From: Candidatus Karelsulcia muelleri
GTDB lineage: Bacteria; Bacteroidota; Bacteroidia; Flavobacteriales; Blattabacteriaceae
Length of the DNA: 32,000 nt
Reading direction: 5' to 3'
NCBI RefSeq assembly: GCF_003214255.1
Contig: NZ_CP029011.1
Location: 30,001 to 62,000 of the forward strand
Part shown: positions 28,615 through 32,000 of the stretch, one piece after another
Layout: each line of letters starts with the position of its first letter
Position numbering within the stretch: position 1 is the stretch's first letter
Translations under genes and position numbers: made by a program
The notes under the pieces: generated by a model
Database searches by the model: none
Told to the model about the DNA's origin: nothing
Seen by the model: only the letters and a program-made list of their open reading frames with translations

Positions 28615-29895
28615 ATGTTGAAATGTTCATTTATAAAAGAAGAAAAAAAAGAAATCTGTAGAAGATTAAAGAAAAAAAATTTTTATAATTTTTTTATTAT
28701 AAATTTAATTTTAAAAAATGAAAAACAAAAAAAAAAAATAAAATTAAAAATAAATAATTTATTTTTTTATCTAAATTTTTTTTCAAAAAAAATACTTTTG
28801 TTTTTAAAAAACAAGTATTTTTTGGAATTAATTAAAAGTTATTCTTTTTTTTTAAAAAAAAAAAGAAAATCTTATAAAAAGATTATTAAAAAAATAAATA
28901 TTAAATTAATTAATAATCTTATTAAAATTCCTAATATTCCTTCAAAAGAAATTAAAAAAAAAACAAATATTGTTTTATATCAAAATTTTGATAAAAAAAA
29001 AATAAAACAAAATTTGTTTCCTCACTGGGAATTAGGAAAAAAATTTAAACTTTTTTGTTTAAAACAAGGATCAATTATATCTGGAAATGGCTTCAATGTA
29101 TTAATAAATACAGGAGCTTTATATCAACGAAGTTTAATACAATTTTTTTTAGAAAAAAATATTATTTCAGGATATATAGAATATATTCTTCCATTTATTG
29201 TAAATAAAAATTCTGTTTATGGAACCGGTCAATTTCCTGATAAAGAAAATCAAATGTATAATATAAATTATGATAATTTAAATTTATATCTTATCCCAAC
29301 AGGGGAAGTACCATTAATAAATATATTTAAAAATAAAATTTTTAAAGAATCAGAGTTACCTTTAAAAGGAACAACTAATACTTCTTGTTTTAGAAGAGAA
29401 TCAGGTTCATATGGAACTAATGTTAGAGGATTAAATAGATTACATCAATTTGAGAAAGTAGAAATTGTACAAATTAGTACATGTTATTATTCTTATTATT
29501 CATTTTATGAAATGGTTAATCATATTAAATATATATTATTATCATTAAAATTAAAATTTAGAATAATTCAATTATGTGGAAATGAGTTAGGATTTACTTC
29601 TGCTTTAACTTATGATTTTGAAGTTTATTCTCCTGGACAAAAAAAATGGTTAGAAGTTAGTTCAGTTTCTAATTGTAGAAATTTTCAATCAAATAGATTA
29701 AATATAAAATATCGTTCGATTAAAGGAAATATTCAAGATTGTCATTCTTTAAATGGAAGTTCTTTAGCTATTCCAAGAATTTTTTCAACTTTAATAGAAA
29801 ATTATCAAAATATAAATTATATTTTAATTCCTAAAGAATTAATTAAATTAATGAAAAGAAAAAAAATAAATATATGTCAAAATTTTGTGAAATAA
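28615..29895 (+). CDS. serS: Seryl-tRNA synthetase
   Basis: 426-aa ORF with class II motif 2 'FRRESGSYGTNVRGLNRLHQFEKVE' and motif 3 'GSSLAIPRIFSTLIENYQ'. The N-terminal coiled-coil arm is highly degenerate. Confidence 0.9.
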   Translation: MLKCSFIKEEKKEICRRLKKKNFYNFFIINLILKNEKQKKKIKLKINNLFFYLNFFSKKILLFLKNKYFLELIKSYSFFLKKKRKSYKKIIKKINIKLINNLIKIPNIPSKEIKKKTNIVLYQNFDKKKIKQNLFPHWELGKKFKLFCLKQGSIISGNGFNVLINTGALYQRSLIQFFLEKNIISGYIEYILPFIVNKNSVYGTGQFPDKENQMYNINYDNLNLYLIPTGEVPLINIFKNKIFKESELPLKGTTNTSCFRRESGSYGTNVRGLNRLHQFEKVEIVQISTCYYSYYSFYEMVNHIKYILLSLKLKFRIIQLCGNELGFTSALTYDFEVYSPGQKKWLEVSSVSNCRNFQSNRLNIKYRSIKGNIQDCHSLNGSSLAIPRIFSTLIENYQNINYILIPKELIKLMKRKKINICQNFVK

Positions 29896-30113
29896 CTTGT
29901 CGAAAACCAATAATGGGAAATAAAATTTCACATGCGAATAATAAAATTAAACGCAAATTTTACTTAAATTTAAGTAAAAAACGTTTTTTTTTAACAAAAA
30001 AAAATAAATGGATTACTTTAAAGGTTTCTTCTGCCGGAATAAAAATTATTAATAAAATTGGAATTGAAAAAATATTGTTTTTATGTCAAAAAAAAAAATT
30101 AGAATTCAAGTAA
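29874..30113 (+). CDS. rpmB: 50S ribosomal protein L28
   Basis: 79-aa ORF. '[33 protein letters not shown]' matches the L28 N-terminal pattern. It overlaps the serS 3' end by 22 bp. Confidence 0.9.
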   Translation: MSKFCEITCRKPIMGNKISHANNKIKRKFYLNLSKKRFFLTKKNKWITLKVSSAGIKIINKIGIEKILFLCQKKKLEFK

Positions 30114-30265
30114 TAATAGAATGTACAGAACATAAAAATAGCGGATTATATGGAACTTCTAGATATATTACTACAAAAAACAAAAAAAATAATCCAGAAA
30201 GATTAGAATTAAAAAAATTTAATCCTATTTTAAATAGAAAAACTCTTCATAAAGAAATAAAATAA
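30083..30265 (+). CDS. rpmG: 50S ribosomal protein L33
   Basis: 60-aa ORF with '[42 protein letters not shown]', the Bacteroidetes-type L33 pattern. It overlaps rpmB by 31 bp across an A11 run. Confidence 0.92.
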   Translation: MSKKKIRIQVIIECTEHKNSGLYGTSRYITTKNKKNNPERLELKKFNPILNRKTLHKEIK

Positions 30266-30266
30266 T

Positions 30267-30437
30267 ATGGAAAAAAACTTCAAAAACCATAAAAAAAAAA
30301 CTATTCAAAAAGAAAAAAAATCATTAAAAAAAATGACAAAAATTATTTTTTTTTTAAAAAAAAAAAATAATTATTCTTTTAAAGAAAAAATTATAAATTC
30401 TAATTTAATTGTTCATTGGGTGAACGACCGGAATTGA
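30267..30437 (+). CDS. Small DUF4295-like protein (56 aa), absent from the supplied ORF track
   Basis: The ATG is at 30267, 1 nt after the rpmG stop. Hand translation: MEKNFKNHKKKTIQKEKKSLKKMTKIIFFLKKKNNYSFKEKIINSNLIVHWVNDRN*, with TGA at 30435-30437. The block '..TK.I...K...NYSFKE..' and the position after rpmB-rpmG fit the conserved Bacteroidetes DUF4295 gene. The last 14 codons lie in copy 1 of the 56-bp repeat. Confidence 0.65.
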   Translation: MEKNFKNHKKKTIQKEKKSLKKMTKIIFFLKKKNNYSFKEKIINSNLIVHWVNDRN

Positions 30438-30607
30438 ACAATTAAATTCTAAATTCTAATTTAATTGTTCATTGGGTGAACGACCGGAATTGAACAATTA
30501 AATTCTAAATTCTAATTTAATTGTTCATTGGGTGAACGACCGGAATTGAACAATTAAATTCTAAATTCTAATTTAATTGTTCATTGGGTGAACGACCGGA
30601 ATTGAAC
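30394..30607. repeat. 56-bp perfect tandem array (about 3.8 copies) containing the 3' end of the DUF4295-like ORF and the 3' T-loop/acceptor segment of tRNA-His
   Basis: Copies of 'aaattctaatttaattgttcattgggtgaacgaccggaattgaac(aattaaattct)' begin at 30395, 30451, 30507 and 30563. The sequence at x equals x+56 from 30394 until 30607. The fourth copy runs on into the intact tRNA-His body ('cggcaaccc...'). Confidence 0.95.
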
Positions 30608-30661
30608 CGGCAACCCTTAGAACCACAATCTAATGCTCTAACCAATTGAGCTACGTTCACC
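30586..30661 (-). tRNA. tRNA-His (GTG) with genome-encoded G-1
   Basis: Reverse complement: G(-1)-GTGAACG-TA-GCTC-AATTGGTTA-GAGC-A-TTAGA-TTGTGGT-TCTAA-GGGTT-GCCGG-TTCAATT-CCGGT-CGTTCAC-C. The anticodon is GTG, and the extra 5' G pairs with C73, as is typical of bacterial tRNA-His. Confidence 0.9.
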
Positions 30662-30758
30662 ATAAAATAAATAACAAAACCATAAAATAAATAACAAAAC
30701 CATAAAATAAATAACAAAACCATAAAATAAATAACAAAACCATAAAATAAATAACAAA
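30659..30758. repeat. 20-bp perfect tandem array (5 copies) filling the spacer between the rluD-like stop codon and tRNA-His
   Basis: 'accataaaataaataacaaa' occurs 5 times with no mismatch. Copy 1 begins with the first 3 nt of the tRNA (G-1, G1, U2). Copy 5 ends at 30758, directly abutting the stop codon at 30759-30761. Confidence 0.95.
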
Positions 30759-31726
30759 CTATAAACAAAAATTCTTAATCTTTTTAATAAGGAATTTAAA
30801 TTTCTCTGGAATAGGAGAAATCAAATATTTATTTTTTAAATAAATAGGATGTTTAAATTCTAAATAATAAGCATGTAATGCTTGATATTTCAACGTTTTT
30901 AAACATTTTTCTAAAAAAATTCTTTCTTTAAAAGAAAGAAAATTTTTATACTTTTTATCTTCTCCATAATTTTTATCATTAAAAATGGGATGCCCAATAT
31001 ATTTTAAATGTACTCTTATTTGATGAGTCCGTCCAGTTTCTAAACTACATTTTAAAAGTGAAAAATATTTAAAGGTTTCTAACACTTTATAATGTGTAAT
31101 AGCTTGTTTACCTAAACAACCATTAGGAAAAACATTCATATGTGTTTTATTTTTTAAGCATCTTCCTATATTACATATAATAGTTCCTTCTTTTTTAAAA
31201 AAAATTCCCCAAACTAAAGTAATATATTTTCTTTTTATTTTATTAAACCAAAATTGTTTTGATATTTTATTTAAAATCTTTTCAGATTTTGAAACTAAAA
31301 TTAAACCACTTGTTCCTTTATCTATTCTATGTCCTAAAAATGGATAATTATCATTAATATTAATTATTTTTTTATTTTTAAAATAAAAATGTAATCCATT
31401 ACTAAGAGTCATAGATTTATTGCCATTGCCTGGATGAACTACTAAACCTGATTTTTTATTAATAATTAATATATATTCATCTTCATAAAGAAGATGAAGT
31501 TTCATTTTTTGATAATGAAATTTTTTTTTTTTCAAAAAAATTTCAATTACATCATTATTTTTTAATAAATAATTTTTTTTTTTATAAATTTTATTAACAA
31601 AAACATTTTTCTTTTTAATTAAATTTTGAAAAAAATTTCTTTTATAAGAAGAAAATTTTTTTTTTAAAAAAAAATCTAATCTTAGATTAATTTCATTTTT
31701 TTTAACAAAAATTTTTTTTTCAACAT
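30759..31726 (-). CDS. rluD: RluA-family 23S rRNA pseudouridine synthase with N-terminal S4 domain (RluD-like), with the start codon out of frame across an A9 tract
   Basis: The track ORF 30759-31535 (which starts at a TTG) carries 'LLYEDEYILIINKKSGLVVHPG', 'HRIDKGTSGLILVSK' and 'GRTHQIRVHL'. The same frame stays open to 31733 and encodes an S4-like 'INLRLDFFLKKKFSSYKRNFFQNLIKKKNVFVNKIYKKKNYLLKNNDVIEIF', with no ATG/GTG/TTG. The only ATG (31726-31724) is 1 nt out of frame, and A10 instead of A9 (window T-run 31712-31720) would join them. Confidence 0.8.
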
Positions 31727-31770
31727 AATATTTTTATTTTAATATTATATATATAAAAATAATTAAGAAA

Positions 31771-32000
31771 TTGAGATTTTTTATAGAAATATCTTATAAA
31801 GGATCATCCTTTTTTGGATGGCAAATTCAAAAAAAAAATCTGTCTATACAAGAAACAATAGAAACTTGTTTAAGTTTTTTATTAAAAAAAAAAATAAAAA
31901 TTATAGGTGCGGGAAGAACAGATACTGGAGTTCATGCTATTCAAATGTTTGCTCATTTTGATTTAACAAAATTAACAAAAAATCATATAAATAATCATTT
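31771..32000 (+). CDS. truA: tRNA pseudouridine(38-40) synthase TruA, 5' part (runs off the window)
   Basis: Open frame from TTG 31771: '(M)RFFIEISYKGSSFFGWQIQKKNLSIQETIETCL...IIGAGRTDTGVHAIQMFAHFD'. This matches the TruA N-terminus, including the catalytic 'GRTDxGVHA'. There is no in-frame ATG upstream; a stop lies at 31726-31728. Confidence 0.85.
   Translation, partial: MRFFIEISYKGSSFFGWQIQKKNLSIQETIETCLSFLLKKKIKIIGAGRTDTGVHAIQMFAHFDLTKLTKNHINNH

Noticed and set aside
30394-30607. Duplicated tRNA 3' ends as attL/attR scars of an integrative element
   Set aside because: The copies are 56 bp apart with no intervening cargo, and no integrase or other mobile-element gene is present in the window. 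Simple tandem duplication by slippage explains the perfect periodicity better. The resemblance is noted only as a formal alternative.
30394-30758. Possible CRISPR array, because of regularly spaced perfect repeats
   Set aside because: Both arrays are pure head-to-tail tandem repeats with no unique spacers between units. No cas genes lie nearby, and one array is built from tRNA and ORF sequence.
30568-30768. 66-aa ORF on the - strand ('MFIVCYLFYGFVIYFMV...')
   Set aside because: It reads straight through the five 20-bp repeats, which explains the repeated 'CYLFYGFVIYFMV', and then through the tRNA-His gene itself. It is an artefact of open frames in repeat and tRNA sequence, not a gene.

Overview
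The window is an extremely AT-rich (by eye about one base in five or fewer is G/C), almost gap-free block of housekeeping genes. It looks like part of a strongly reduced genome from an obligate nutritional endosymbiont. The gene content and layout point to Bacteroidetes/Flavobacteriales: an atpB-E-F-H-A-G operon without atpD/atpC, transketolase split into N- and C-terminal subunits, a long Ctc-type L25, and an rpmB-rpmG-DUF4295 triad. I cannot name the organism from sequence alone.

Supported content:
- Six aminoacyl-tRNA synthetases: glnS, metG, gltX, tyrS, leuS, serS.
- RNA-modification and rRNA-maturation genes mnmG, ybeY and truA (truA is partial at the window edge).
- prs, rplY, lgt, six ATP synthase genes, lysC, a MarC-family membrane protein and leuABCD.
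- Split transketolase, rpmB, rpmG and a ferredoxin-like ORF.
- Three tRNAs: Cys-GCA, Phe-GAA and His-GTG.
- The standard code appears to be in use. Trp is TGG and TGA ends ORFs.

I see no CRISPR array, mobile element, defence system or other accessory system, and I do not claim a novel multi-gene system. The unusual signals are structural.
1. tRNA-His is flanked on both sides by perfect tandem arrays. A 56-bp unit (about 3.8 copies) re-copies the tRNA's own 3' end together with the 3' end of a convergent small ORF. A 20-bp unit (5 copies) exactly fills the spacer up to the upstream gene's stop codon.
2. A three-frame eroded relic of rsmI lies in the only large 'intergenic' gap.
3. Two RNA-modification genes (SpoU/TrmH-type and RluD-type) have their true start codons displaced by 1 nt across 9-nt homopolymers.
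4. A DUF4295-like ORF is missing from the ORF track.
5. Several in-frame micro-duplications sit inside essential genes.
6. LeuA ends before the regulatory domain.

All calls come from reading motifs and hand-folding tRNAs. No database search was possible.
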